Source of the DNA: Candidatus Thalassarchaeaceae archaeon
GTDB lineage: Archaea > Thermoplasmatota > Poseidoniia > Poseidoniales > Thalassarchaeaceae
DNA: 31,840 bases
NCBI GenBank assembly: GCA_963581345.1
Contig: CAUZNH010000001.1
Coordinates: 1-31,840, forward strand
Direction: 5' to 3'
Of this stretch, positions 16,168-25,516 are shown piece after piece. A model generated the notes under the pieces. It was not told the DNA's origin. It made no database searches and saw nothing but the letters and a program-made list of their open reading frames with translations. The position numbers and the translations under genes were made by a program. Positions within the stretch are counted from its first letter, which is position 1. Each line of letters starts with the position of its first letter.

Positions 16168-17418
16168 TTACCCCTTCGCTTGTCGGTTCAGAGGTTTAGC
16201 CAAATGACGACGATTTGAACAGAGCGGTTCAACCCATTGCTTACTTGATTCAAATCTAGTACTGACCCACACTGACTCTTGTGTATTACCACATTGCTCA
16301 CACCGTAAAGGCTGTCCAATACCCTGGCGACATAATTTCCCACCACATTTGCAATATGGACGTGACAGTGCACGAGGGACCCCCTCTGAGCACATGATTG
16401 ATTCCAAATGAATTTCATTATTTGGGGAAGTAAGCCCTCTCCATTCTACTAAATCCCCTACCACGAGCGATTTCAGTAATCTATTGACTTCCCCACCTTG
16501 TTTGAAAGCGACCAGTGTGCAGTGTTTCTGGCCATCAAACACCAAAAGAGATGCATGACCACCTTTCACTTCTCTAACTTTTGAGATCACAATTCCAGAA
16601 CAAGTTTGCTTGATGTGGTCGTCTGTTGCCTGATTACTTCGATGTACTCGCATAGCAATAGCTACTTCTACACCTTCATTAGACTGTAACCAATTATGTG
16701 CTTGCTCAGCAACCATGCTCTCCTCTGCCCTAATCCCATATAGAACGGGGCAAGGGGTCCTAGGTGTAATTAAAGAATCACCCGCATTTGGGTCCCGATT
16801 AAGAATCGTCTTAGGGAATTTATCAGACATTTCCCCAACCAAAACACTCGGGACTTTCCGCCTACTTCCAATTTTTTCAGCCATCCTCCAAGCAGTGGCC
16901 TCCCAAGTACAATCATTCTCCCCCCTCCACGCAATTGCGCTAGATGCCCCGACTAATCCTCTTGCTAAATTTGATGTATTTTTCTCATCTTTTTTCGTCC
17001 AATAAATTGCTGAAGATACGTTGCTTACATCTTTTAGTCTATCTTTTGGATTTACATATTTCCTTACAGCGTCCCAATACCATTCTTCTGGGAACCTAGT
17101 TTCAGTGAATACCAATACTGGGCTAGCAGACTCTATTCCAACGACATTTTCAGAAGATGTATTTGTAATATATTGATTATTGAACCAATCATCTAGAACA
17201 TCTGATAGAATGCTTGTTGCAGAACCTGTCAGTAATTCGGCAGAAAGCGCAGCATTACCTCTTGTTCTTTCAGGGGCAAATGGCCATAATCTAACCAAGT
17301 TGGGATGGCCAACAACAGTAAAGCCACCCTCTTCTAAATGAGTCAAGAGAAGGTGGAAATCCCAAGTAGTACATCCACCATCAAGTGAGTCGGTATCATC
17401 AAGGCCAATCCAAGCCAT
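16168..17418 (-). CDS. tiaS: tRNA(Ile2) 2-agmatinylcytidine synthetase TiaS; start moved to ATG 17418
   Basis: WIGLDDTDSLDGGCTT, PNLVRLWP, RTRGNAAL, RGLVGA, PRTPCPVLYGIR, SNQATDDH, GGH, C-terminal CKCGG...CEQC. Confidence 0.93.
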   Translation of the reverse strand: MAWIGLDDTDSLDGGCTTWDFHLLLTHLEEGGFTVVGHPNLVRLWPFAPERTRGNAALSAELLTGSATSILSDVLDDWFNNQYITNTSSENVVGIESASPVLVFTETRFPEEWYWDAVRKYVNPKDRLKDVSNVSSAIYWTKKDEKNTSNLARGLVGASSAIAWRGENDCTWEATAWRMAEKIGSRRKVPSVLVGEMSDKFPKTILNRDPNAGDSLITPRTPCPVLYGIRAEESMVAEQAHNWLQSNEGVEVAIAMRVHRSNQATDDHIKQTCSGIVISKVREVKGGHASLLVFDGQKHCTLVAFKQGGEVNRLLKSLVVGDLVEWRGLTSPNNEIHLESIMCSEGVPRALSRPYCKCGGKLCRQGIGQPLRCEQCGNTQESVWVSTRFESSKQWVEPLCSNRRHLAKPLNRQAKG

Positions 17419-17458
17419 TGATGTAAGGCGCGTGGCGGTAGCACTTGAGGGCGTCGTT

Positions 17459-18103
17459 TCAGAGAGTGTCACCATTGTCGGAAAAATCAAGTACTCGTTC
17501 AATTACATCATCGATACCAATTTTTTCATCGCAACGGAATGTTCGCACATCATGATTCAATCCAGCTTTCATGTCTGCAATACGGTCGCCAACCATGAAT
17601 GAATTACCTTCATCTCTAGGTGAATAATCTATTCCATAATCGAATTTAGAGATCTGATTATTAGATTCAGTGGCATCAATAATCTGCCTACCTACTTGCA
17701 ACATCCCTGGATTTCCCTTTCTAGCCCAAGCATTACTCCAAGGAACATAAGGACTGTACAAAATCAATTCAAGATGTGCATCCCCATTCTCTTCAAGGAG
17801 AGTTGTTTGTAGAGCAGAATTAACCTCAGCAAGTCTTTTGTGGTCCCATAACCCCCTTCCTATGGGTGATTGATTTGTAACTATGCATATTCTAAATCCT
17901 GCATTCCTTATTCTTGCAATAGCGGATGCAGTACCTGGTAAAACCTCTAATTCATCTACTGAATTAATGTAATTCTCACTACCTACATTGAGGACTCCAT
18001 CGCGGTCAATATATGCTATCCCACCACCCCATGTTAGGTTGTTAGGCAAAGGTGGAAATTCTACTAGGTCAGTTAAACTAGACAAGTGACGTGATGGTAG
18101 CAT
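17459..18103 (-). CDS. HAD-IIIA phosphatase, GmhB/histidinol-phosphate phosphatase family
   Basis: YIDRDGVLN (DxD), VTNQS, RKGNPGM, MVGDRIADMKAG. Confidence 0.85.
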   Translation of the reverse strand: MLPSRHLSSLTDLVEFPPLPNNLTWGGGIAYIDRDGVLNVGSENYINSVDELEVLPGTASAIARIRNAGFRICIVTNQSPIGRGLWDHKRLAEVNSALQTTLLEENGDAHLELILYSPYVPWSNAWARKGNPGMLQVGRQIIDATESNNQISKFDYGIDYSPRDEGNSFMVGDRIADMKAGLNHDVRTFRCDEKIGIDDVIERVLDFSDNGDTL

Positions 18104-18115
18104 ATGTAATTCGCC

Positions 18116-18715
18116 TCATGAATGACTTGGAAGATTTCTTTCTAATTTTACTGCTTCCTTCACCATGTGATTAATAATCAGTTGCAAATCTTCAATTCTC
18201 TCCATTGAAGTAGTTTCACAAATGATTGCTACGTCTACCATTTGTGCTAATTTACCGCCGCCACCATTATTGTAATTACCAGTGATAGCAGCAGTCCTGC
18301 AGCCAATTTCATGGGCTTTGACCATCCCATTCAACACATTTTCTGAGTTACCAGATCCACTGTATCCAACTACTAAATCACCTGCTTTTGCCCAAGTACC
18401 AAGAGCGCCTGCGAAGATGTTCCCGTAACCAGTATCATTTGCCCAAGCCGTCAGCGAAGCCGTATTATCGGTGTGGCATACAGTCTTCACGCCCAATTCT
18501 TTACTCCAATCGCCAGCAGAATGAGAAGGTGTCGCGGCTGAACCACCATTTCCAATGAAGTGTATTGTACCGTCATTATCCATTACAGAAAGTATTTCGT
18601 TAGTTAATTGATTCAAATCTGCTTGATTTAGGGCATTTATCGCATCAATTAAATCGCCTTTATACGCGTCTAAAAAGGCTGAGAAGTCAACGTTATCCAT
18701 GTCACCACTAATCAA
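18116..18715 (-). CDS. SIS-domain sugar-phosphate isomerase, GmhA (phosphoheptose isomerase)-like; start TTG 18715 or ATG 18700
   Basis: FIGNGGSAA, TAWANDTGY..IF, GDLVVGYSGSGNSENV, AITGN..GGGKL, RIEDLQLIINH. Confidence 0.85.
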   Translation of the reverse strand: MISGDMDNVDFSAFLDAYKGDLIDAINALNQADLNQLTNEILSVMDNDGTIHFIGNGGSAATPSHSAGDWSKELGVKTVCHTDNTASLTAWANDTGYGNIFAGALGTWAKAGDLVVGYSGSGNSENVLNGMVKAHEIGCRTAAITGNYNNGGGGKLAQMVDVAIICETTSMERIEDLQLIINHMVKEAVKLERNLPSHS

Positions 18716-18806
18716 TCGCTAACGGGCAGTCTATTTACGACTTGTTGAACCATGACATTACAAAGTGGTGGCTTATACCATCAAGATGTAGAGAAGGGAA
18801 CGCTAA

Positions 18807-19730
18807 ATGGGCATTGAAGAACTGAGGCTTGTATTTGCATTATTAGGACTTGCAACCCTAGGATTTGCATTCCATAGTAAGAGAGAGAGAACATCTACAA
18901 TATCTTCAATTGGATGGGTTTCGATTTCAATATATTTTTTCCTCGATACACCTCATTACATAGAATTAGCAGACCCAGTGTTAATCCTAATGTCCGCGGC
19001 TACTTTGCCAATCGGGATTGCTATAGGATTTTGGGAGTACAATACTCAAAATAGTGGAAAAGAAGTACCTGCATTATATTGGCTAAAAGGTGCTGTTTTT
19101 TGGTCTGCCCTACCATACTTAGCCATTTCATGGATACCTTATCTCTCAGTAGCACTAGTTTGGTTTACTGCCGTTCAAGCTGTTTTATTTCTGAGAATTA
19201 CAGGGGTTGCCGATCTACAAGTTGGAACTGCTCAAGTAGAATACATTGATGGCTCAACCTCTCTATTTTCAGAATTTACAGGGAATCCATGGCTTTACCT
19301 TGAACCTCTTGGTGAAGGGGGATTCTTTATTCCAATTCTCAATGCTGACGGCACCGCCACAGGCGTGTCAATGATTCTTGCATGTAGTGCATTACAATCC
19401 ATGATTGTCTTCGTTGGGGCACTAATTGCTCTCAAAAAAACGCCTTGGAAATTGAGAGCCAGAGGTCTTTTCATCACATTACCAGTTATCCACATTCTCA
19501 ATATGTTTCGAAACGCGGGTATAATCTACCTCGACATGACATACAGAGACTGGCATTGGTTAGGTATAGGTATGTTTGATTTTGCCCATTCTTATGCTGC
19601 AAAAGTAGGTAGTTTATTTGCCATGTTTTTAATGGCAATTGTGCTATTTGAAATTCTACCAGAACTCCATAATAATATTCTAAGATTGATGGAACCTTTA
19701 ATTCCCAAAAAAAAGTCTAACGCTTCTTGA
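18807..19730 (+). CDS. Archaeosortase (ArtA-like, exosortase family)
   Basis: Multi-TM protein with ILACSALQSM (catalytic Cys), ILNMFRNAGII (Arg), and HSYAAKVGSL. Confidence 0.85.
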   Translation: MGIEELRLVFALLGLATLGFAFHSKRERTSTISSIGWVSISIYFFLDTPHYIELADPVLILMSAATLPIGIAIGFWEYNTQNSGKEVPALYWLKGAVFWSALPYLAISWIPYLSVALVWFTAVQAVLFLRITGVADLQVGTAQVEYIDGSTSLFSEFTGNPWLYLEPLGEGGFFIPILNADGTATGVSMILACSALQSMIVFVGALIALKKTPWKLRARGLFITLPVIHILNMFRNAGIIYLDMTYRDWHWLGIGMFDFAHSYAAKVGSLFAMFLMAIVLFEILPELHNNILRLMEPLIPKKKSNAS

Positions 19731-22700
19731 GTTTTTCAAGAACCTTGCCGCGTAACGGCATACTATGTTCCCAAGCGAATTCCTTCATCACTCTAAGGGC
19801 TTGTTTTTCCAATTTAGGATCTGCAACTAGGTCTTTTACATCAATAATATTCTCTCTGGTATTGGCCTTGAATGCAGCTATAGGTTCTTCATTGTGAAAT
19901 ACTAGATAAGCAGAGCCAAATCCAAATCTCTCCCTCAATAACGACGCAAAGTATGGTGCGAGAGGGTCAGATGGAGGTAAAACAAAATCCCTCATTATTG
20001 GCACATCCGTTGAACTCTCAAGCATCTCTTTCCGGCCCCAACAAACTTGATTCAAATCTTCTAACAAGAATCCCTTGATTAAATCCCCTTCATCAACGAG
20101 ATACTGAAGAACTGTCATAATTTCTTCAGGCTTGTATGGCTTCCCAGCCATCTTTTCACATTGTTTCATAGTGATTACCGGAATTTCTTTAATCAATTCA
20201 ATCAGATAATCTTGCTTGAATTGCCAATGGTCGGTAATAATAGTCGGGTGAACTGTCCGGAATCCCCCTCTGTAGTCTTGAACTAAGTGGCCTGACCGAA
20301 TTAGTGGTTGGGCAAGTTTGCGGAATTCTGCACGACGTAAAGCGTGCCTATCCATGAATAACTGAGGATCTGAATGATCTGTGAAGAACTCTAAAACATC
20401 CAATAATTCCTCATTAGGTGGTAAATTACGAATCGTCAATAGTCTTTGGAAGTGCGAATAAGGCGCATATACTCTGTGACCTGTTAGATTGGTACCTTGG
20501 TGTAATTGGTTGGCACTTGCCATTGATGAGAGATTGACTCGGTATGCTTCACTGCGCCCCCGTAGAGCAAAGTCATCTCGGATTTCAAAAAGATGCTTTA
20601 CTGCCATCGTTTCATTTTCACTACGTGAGTCTTGATGCATTTTGTGGTTATAGAATAATACCCTAACAGATTCTTTGATTGGGCGTGGATCCATAACCCC
20701 ACCGCGAATCATTCTGCGCCCATCACCAATAGGTTCGAACCCTATTCTGGTGAATGCATCTATGGTTTCTTTTCGGGCCTCAGAAATATTTTCTCCATTG
20801 AAATTTGTTAACACAGAAATTTCAACAAGAGTATCCCTGTAATTCTCCAATAAACGGTCAAACTGCTCTACAAATTCATCAAGATATGCATGCGGAATAT
20901 GGATATCTTTAATCTCAAGATAATCATTTACCTTGTACATCAATATTCTCCCAACAGGGTCGACCCCTTTGAAAACGGGATAGTACCAACCTTGTTTCAG
21001 TACGTACCTTACTTCTTGGATAAAACGTGAACAGAATGGATCTGATTGAGTTAAGATTCGCATTTTCCTATCTTCTCGAACCCGTTTCTTAACCGCAGGG
21101 ACATCCGAGGGTACACAATAGAAATCTGTCAAACCAGGTTGCAATGCTAACACTTTAGTGATTCTACCTTGCTCCATAAGCAATTTCAATGTGTCCTCAA
21201 GTTCATCACCAGCCCTACTAACATACCACCCTAAAGTGAACCTTTTTACTGGACCAATTCTGTTAATTAATTCAACCAAAGCATCATCAAATGGTAATGG
21301 ATTATACACCTCATACACTCTGTGGAATAAGGAAAGACTTCTTTTTCTCTCGGGAAGTTCTTCATATTGCTTAACATAAAGTAATTGACGTTCCATGTTG
21401 TTTAAGGCGTATTTTGCGCGATTCATCACATGTTTTGAGTCATCATCACGAGGAATGTCAACTAGAATTTGTTGTCTAGTTACATTTTCACCAGCAGGAA
21501 CCTTGGTCATTAGTTTAGCTTCCATATCACCAATCCATGGTTCGGGTCTCAAACCTAGAAGCAGCCCCATTTGGTCTTTTTTAGTATATCCAATCCGATT
21601 ATGGAGTAAACGACCCATTAATACATCTGAATCATGTTTCATATCCTTCCAATCAGCAAAACGGAAATCCTTCACTCTGTCTAACAATTCATGCATCTTT
21701 TGAATCATTACATGAGAAGAAAGTGCACCTAAGGGATCATCATGTAACTTGAAGGATTTAGTTAACAATAAGTTTTGCAGGTTGCGGTAAGCCACTACTT
21801 CTTCCTCCCCACCAGTAAGGTAGTGTTCATCTACACGTAAGATGAATTCGCCTTCTTCAGTTTGTCTATAGAATCCAATAGTGACAATATTGCGTACCTC
21901 TAACTCATGTAATATATTCTCAATCATTGGTTTGGGGAAAGGTAAACGTTCGACAATCACGTCTAATGTCTGCGGCCCTTCACTTCCAAGAAGGTCAACT
22001 AACTTAACTCTAAGGCACTCATGCGGGTCAGAAAGAGGAGTCTGCTCCCAATCAATCGCTTCTGTGCCCTTGTACTTTGTACTCGTCTCATAAATCAATC
22101 CACCAAGGTATAACTCACGCAGATCGTCCAATTCATCGGCATCATGAGATGATAAAACACCTAATGTCCCATGAATATCAGCCATTCTTTTGGAATACCA
22201 TTTGGTGTCAATAACAGAATGACCTGTGCTCCTTATTCTAACTATTTCCTTTCTATCAATAAGTTCAAGAATCCAAGTACGAATCTCGTCTTTATCTATA
22301 CTTGCTAATTTATCACGGTATAGCGGGTTTTCGTGTTTATTATCTAAGCCACCGCCCATTTCCATTAAGTCAAGAAGAGTGTCTGCGTTTTTGGGAATTG
22401 AAACTTTATCATTGTAGTAAGTATTGACTTGTTCCTCATCTAGTTGGGTTGCAAGTGCTCTCTGCCCCAACAATCGTCTAAGAATTTCTGGGTCAATATC
22501 CTTGATTAGATATGCCCTTGTTCTCATTGAGAGTAAATCTTCGAATGCTGACATGTAGAGATTCATACCAATTGGTGAAGGGACCTTCACTCTAGTGTGT
22601 AATATTCTTGAACTACCTTGAACTACTTCACTTACGAATTGATTTAATCCCTCCATATCAAGGTCAGCGTGAAAAATTTCATTGAATACTTCTTTCATTA

Positions 22701-25011
22701 ATAATGAGCCTTCGGTTGCACGGTGATTCTTGAGTAAAGCATCGGCTTTTTGTTGAAATTGTTGTGGTGATACTTCTTCAGCACCTATGCGGCGAGGGAT
22801 TATCAAACTCCTTCCAGCCACTTCACGGAATCTCTTGGCAAATAATTGAGTATCCAGCAAATATCTTTCAATCACTTTGCGATGGTCATTTGCTTTGAAT
22901 ACATCAGGGAAAGCACCTGGGTCAATATCATCAGACATTTTTATGAGGAAGCCATTCTCATCAAATGAAATCTCATGCACATGGATATCATGAGCAGAAG
23001 CTACTCCAGCAAAGAAATATCCTAACGTCATATTGAACGCTCGACCTCTACATGTTGTCACCATGTAAGTTGTTACACCACCCACAATTTGCTCCATCAT
23101 TATTCGATTTGGACCTGGGACTTCAAAGGATTCAGCCACATGCTGCTCCATAAATCGAGCAACTGATTCAGCTATTTTTCTAGAAAGGCCATAACCTTCC
23201 ATCAAAAGTCGCCGTGGGTCCCGCTGTCTTCTAAGCGCCAACATTGTGGATTTCTGTAGTTTCAATACAGCCAAAGAAAGTTCAGGACTTCTTGATAGTG
23301 CTTCACCAGACCATGATGGTACAGTTGGGCGGAACCCAGTTACTGGGGTTACATTTACCCTAGATCCTTGAATTGACTGAATTCGATATGTTGTACCTCC
23401 AAGAAGAATAACATCACCGGGTCTAACACTGGAAACGAAAGACGATGACAACTGACCAATCATTGAACCATCTGTATTCAGAACTAGGTAGTTATTATCA
23501 GGAGAAATTGTTCCAAGGTTGGTGTAATATATCATCTGTGAATATCCTCTCTTTCCGATGGTATTTTCCTCCCAATCAACCCACAATCTCTTTTCATCTT
23601 CCAACATATCTATTACTTCGATATAATCGTCGTAAGGAAGAGCGCGATATGGCCAAGCAGTAGTAATCAACTCGAAGACTTCGTCAATGTCTTGCTCTCC
23701 GACGATTGTTAGCCCAACCATGAATTGGGCTAACACGTCTAGAGCATTTTCGGGGAAGTGCAATAAATCCATTTCCCCACACATAATTGCTCCTTGAAGG
23801 GCCACTAACTCAACTAAATCATGAGGGCCAGTCGGTAAGAATCGGGCGCGAGGAATCCCTCCAACATGGTGGCTAGCACGGCCAATTCGTTGCAGCGCGG
23901 TTGCAATACGCCCCGGTGAACCGAGTTGAATTACTAAATCAACTGTGCCAATATCAATACCTAATTCTAATGAAGATGATGAAACACAACATCTTAATTC
24001 ACCCATTCTCAATCGTTGCTCTACATCCTTACGAATTTGCTTATTCATTGAACCATGATGGGCTTCTATCCCATCTTCATCCCATCCAGCAAGACGTCTG
24101 AGTTTCTGAACTATTTCTTCAGTCATTTTTCTAGTATTTACAAACACAATTGTAGTTGTATGTGCTTCAACTAAGTCTAGGATACGCTCTACATTGGCAT
24201 CTAGGATTTGTTTGTGGTCAAAAGATGGATCGCCGAACCTTGGATGAGGGAGAATGATGTCCAAATCTAGTTCTCTTGCACCACTTATTTTAGCAATTTT
24301 GACTAAATCAGTATCATCTCCTACTGGAACTAGAAATTTAGCCACCTCATCTAATGGTTCCATAGTTGCAGATATCCCAATTCTTTGGACTGGAGTGGTA
24401 ATCACAGAATCAAGAAGTGCCATTGTCAAAGATAGCAAAGTTCCTCTCTTAGATGCCACTAGACTGTGTAACTCGTCTAAAATAATCCAACTCAAATCAG
24501 TCATTAATGGGCGGAATTTAGATGATGCTAAAGCTAGTCCAAGGCTTTCAGGAGTTGTAATCAGAATGTGAGGTGGATTACGCAACATTTTTTGACGGTC
24601 AGATTGACTTGTATCACCTGTCCTTAATCCAACTTTGATATCCTTAGATCGACCTGATAAAAATCTAGATTTTATTTCAGTTAGTGGCTCAATCAAATTC
24701 TTTTGAATATCATTAGCTAATGCTTTAATTGGTGAAATATATACACAGTACACTTTCTTTTCAAGTTCACCATCTATTGATTTACGAATTAATTTGTCAA
24801 TAATTCCTAAAAATGCCGTTAGTGTTTTCCCACTTCCAGTAGGGCTAGATAATAATAAGTTATCACCAGCATTGATTGAAGGAATTGCCATCTTCTGAGA
24901 ATCAGTGAAATCAGGGAACTTATCCCTAAACCAATCCCTTACAGGCTGGCATAATTCGCTGTATATTACTTCAGAATCTTCATATGAATCTAAGTATACT
25001 ATCTCAGTCAT
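19717..25011 (-). CDS. lhr: Large Lhr-family SF2 helicase with tandem AlkZ/HTH_42-like C-terminal domains
   Basis: SPTGSGKT, YISPIKALANDI, RTGDT, ITTPESL, DELH, SATM, AHHGS, SSLELGIDIG, LQRIGRASH, LDVLAQ, VPSWSGE. About 900 extra C-terminal residues. Confidence 0.92.
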   Translation of the reverse strand: MTEIVYLDSYEDSEVIYSELCQPVRDWFRDKFPDFTDSQKMAIPSINAGDNLLLSSPTGSGKTLTAFLGIIDKLIRKSIDGELEKKVYCVYISPIKALANDIQKNLIEPLTEIKSRFLSGRSKDIKVGLRTGDTSQSDRQKMLRNPPHILITTPESLGLALASSKFRPLMTDLSWIILDELHSLVASKRGTLLSLTMALLDSVITTPVQRIGISATMEPLDEVAKFLVPVGDDTDLVKIAKISGARELDLDIILPHPRFGDPSFDHKQILDANVERILDLVEAHTTTIVFVNTRKMTEEIVQKLRRLAGWDEDGIEAHHGSMNKQIRKDVEQRLRMGELRCCVSSSSLELGIDIGTVDLVIQLGSPGRIATALQRIGRASHHVGGIPRARFLPTGPHDLVELVALQGAIMCGEMDLLHFPENALDVLAQFMVGLTIVGEQDIDEVFELITTAWPYRALPYDDYIEVIDMLEDEKRLWVDWEENTIGKRGYSQMIYYTNLGTISPDNNYLVLNTDGSMIGQLSSSFVSSVRPGDVILLGGTTYRIQSIQGSRVNVTPVTGFRPTVPSWSGEALSRSPELSLAVLKLQKSTMLALRRQRDPRRLLMEGYGLSRKIAESVARFMEQHVAESFEVPGPNRIMMEQIVGGVTTYMVTTCRGRAFNMTLGYFFAGVASAHDIHVHEISFDENGFLIKMSDDIDPGAFPDVFKANDHRKVIERYLLDTQLFAKRFREVAGRSLIIPRRIGAEEVSPQQFQQKADALLKNHRATEGSLLMKEVFNEIFHADLDMEGLNQFVSEVVQGSSRILHTRVKVPSPIGMNLYMSAFEDLLSMRTRAYLIKDIDPEILRRLLGQRALATQLDEEQVNTYYNDKVSIPKNADTLLDLMEMGGGLDNKHENPLYRDKLASIDKDEIRTWILELIDRKEIVRIRSTGHSVIDTKWYSKRMADIHGTLGVLSSHDADELDDLRELYLGGLIYETSTKYKGTEAIDWEQTPLSDPHECLRVKLVDLLGSEGPQTLDVIVERLPFPKPMIENILHELEVRNIVTIGFYRQTEEGEFILRVDEHYLTGGEEEVVAYRNLQNLLLTKSFKLHDDPLGALSSHVMIQKMHELLDRVKDFRFADWKDMKHDSDVLMGRLLHNRIGYTKKDQMGLLLGLRPEPWIGDMEAKLMTKVPAGENVTRQQILVDIPRDDDSKHVMNRAKYALNNMERQLLYVKQYEELPERKRSLSLFHRVYEVYNPLPFDDALVELINRIGPVKRFTLGWYVSRAGDELEDTLKLLMEQGRITKVLALQPGLTDFYCVPSDVPAVKKRVREDRKMRILTQSDPFCSRFIQEVRYVLKQGWYYPVFKGVDPVGRILMYKVNDYLEIKDIHIPHAYLDEFVEQFDRLLENYRDTLVEISVLTNFNGENISEARKETIDAFTRIGFEPIGDGRRMIRGGVMDPRPIKESVRVLFYNHKMHQDSRSENETMAVKHLFEIRDDFALRGRSEAYRVNLSSMASANQLHQGTNLTGHRVYAPYSHFQRLLTIRNLPPNEELLDVLEFFTDHSDPQLFMDRHALRRAEFRKLAQPLIRSGHLVQDYRGGFRTVHPTIITDHWQFKQDYLIELIKEIPVITMKQCEKMAGKPYKPEEIMTVLQYLVDEGDLIKGFLLEDLNQVCWGRKEMLESSTDVPIMRDFVLPPSDPLAPYFASLLRERFGFGSAYLVFHNEEPIAAFKANTRENIIDVKDLVADPKLEKQALRVMKEFAWEHSMPLRGKVLEKLKKR

Positions 25012-25094
25012 ATATTCCCCTTCCTATTCTTATAGTGGTAGCGTAACGAACCATTATATCAACAGTTCGCTTTTTGAAAGGAATATACGGGGAG

Positions 25095-25108
25095 TATCAC
25101 TTGTGATA
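25095..25108. promoter_or_regulatory. Palindrome TATCAC-TT-GTGATA, candidate transcription-factor site upstream of lhr
   Basis: Perfect 6-2-6 inverted repeat in the ferredoxin-lhr intergenic region. Confidence 0.4.
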
Positions 25109-25115
25109 ACCGGAT

Positions 25116-25415
25116 TCAAGCCCATCTTGAACCATTCTTTCCCCACCGGTTGAAAACCTCAACCGCAGGAGATGGTTTTTCCTGGAAAATTAAAGGAGAG
25201 GATTCAGCTAGAACTGGAATAATAACTTCACGAAGTGCACTTGTTGGACAAGAACCTATGCAACTTAGACATCCAACACAATTCTCATTTAGTACTATTA
25301 CTGGTCTCTTTCGACGTTCAGGAGGGCACTCTGCGAGCGGTAATAATGCTTCAAAGGGGCAGTGAGTAATACACAAGTCACAACCTGTGCAATCATCACT
25401 TACGATTTCAACCAT
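25116..25415 (-). CDS. 2x[4Fe-4S] dicluster ferredoxin (start ATG 25415 or 25427)
   Basis: CTGCDLCITHCP and CVGCLSCIGSCP motifs. The track start at 25523 overlaps glyS. Confidence 0.9.
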   Translation of the reverse strand: MVEIVSDDCTGCDLCITHCPFEALLPLAECPPERRKRPVIVLNENCVGCLSCIGSCPTSALREVIIPVLAESSPLIFQEKPSPAVEVFNRWGKNGSRWA

Positions 25416-25516
25416 CGCCTGCCCCATGTAATAACCCAAAGAGTTAGCATTTTTCATACTATTTATGCCGAAGCATTGAGAACCCTTCTCTATCCGACCA
25501 ACTCTTAGGTGATGGC

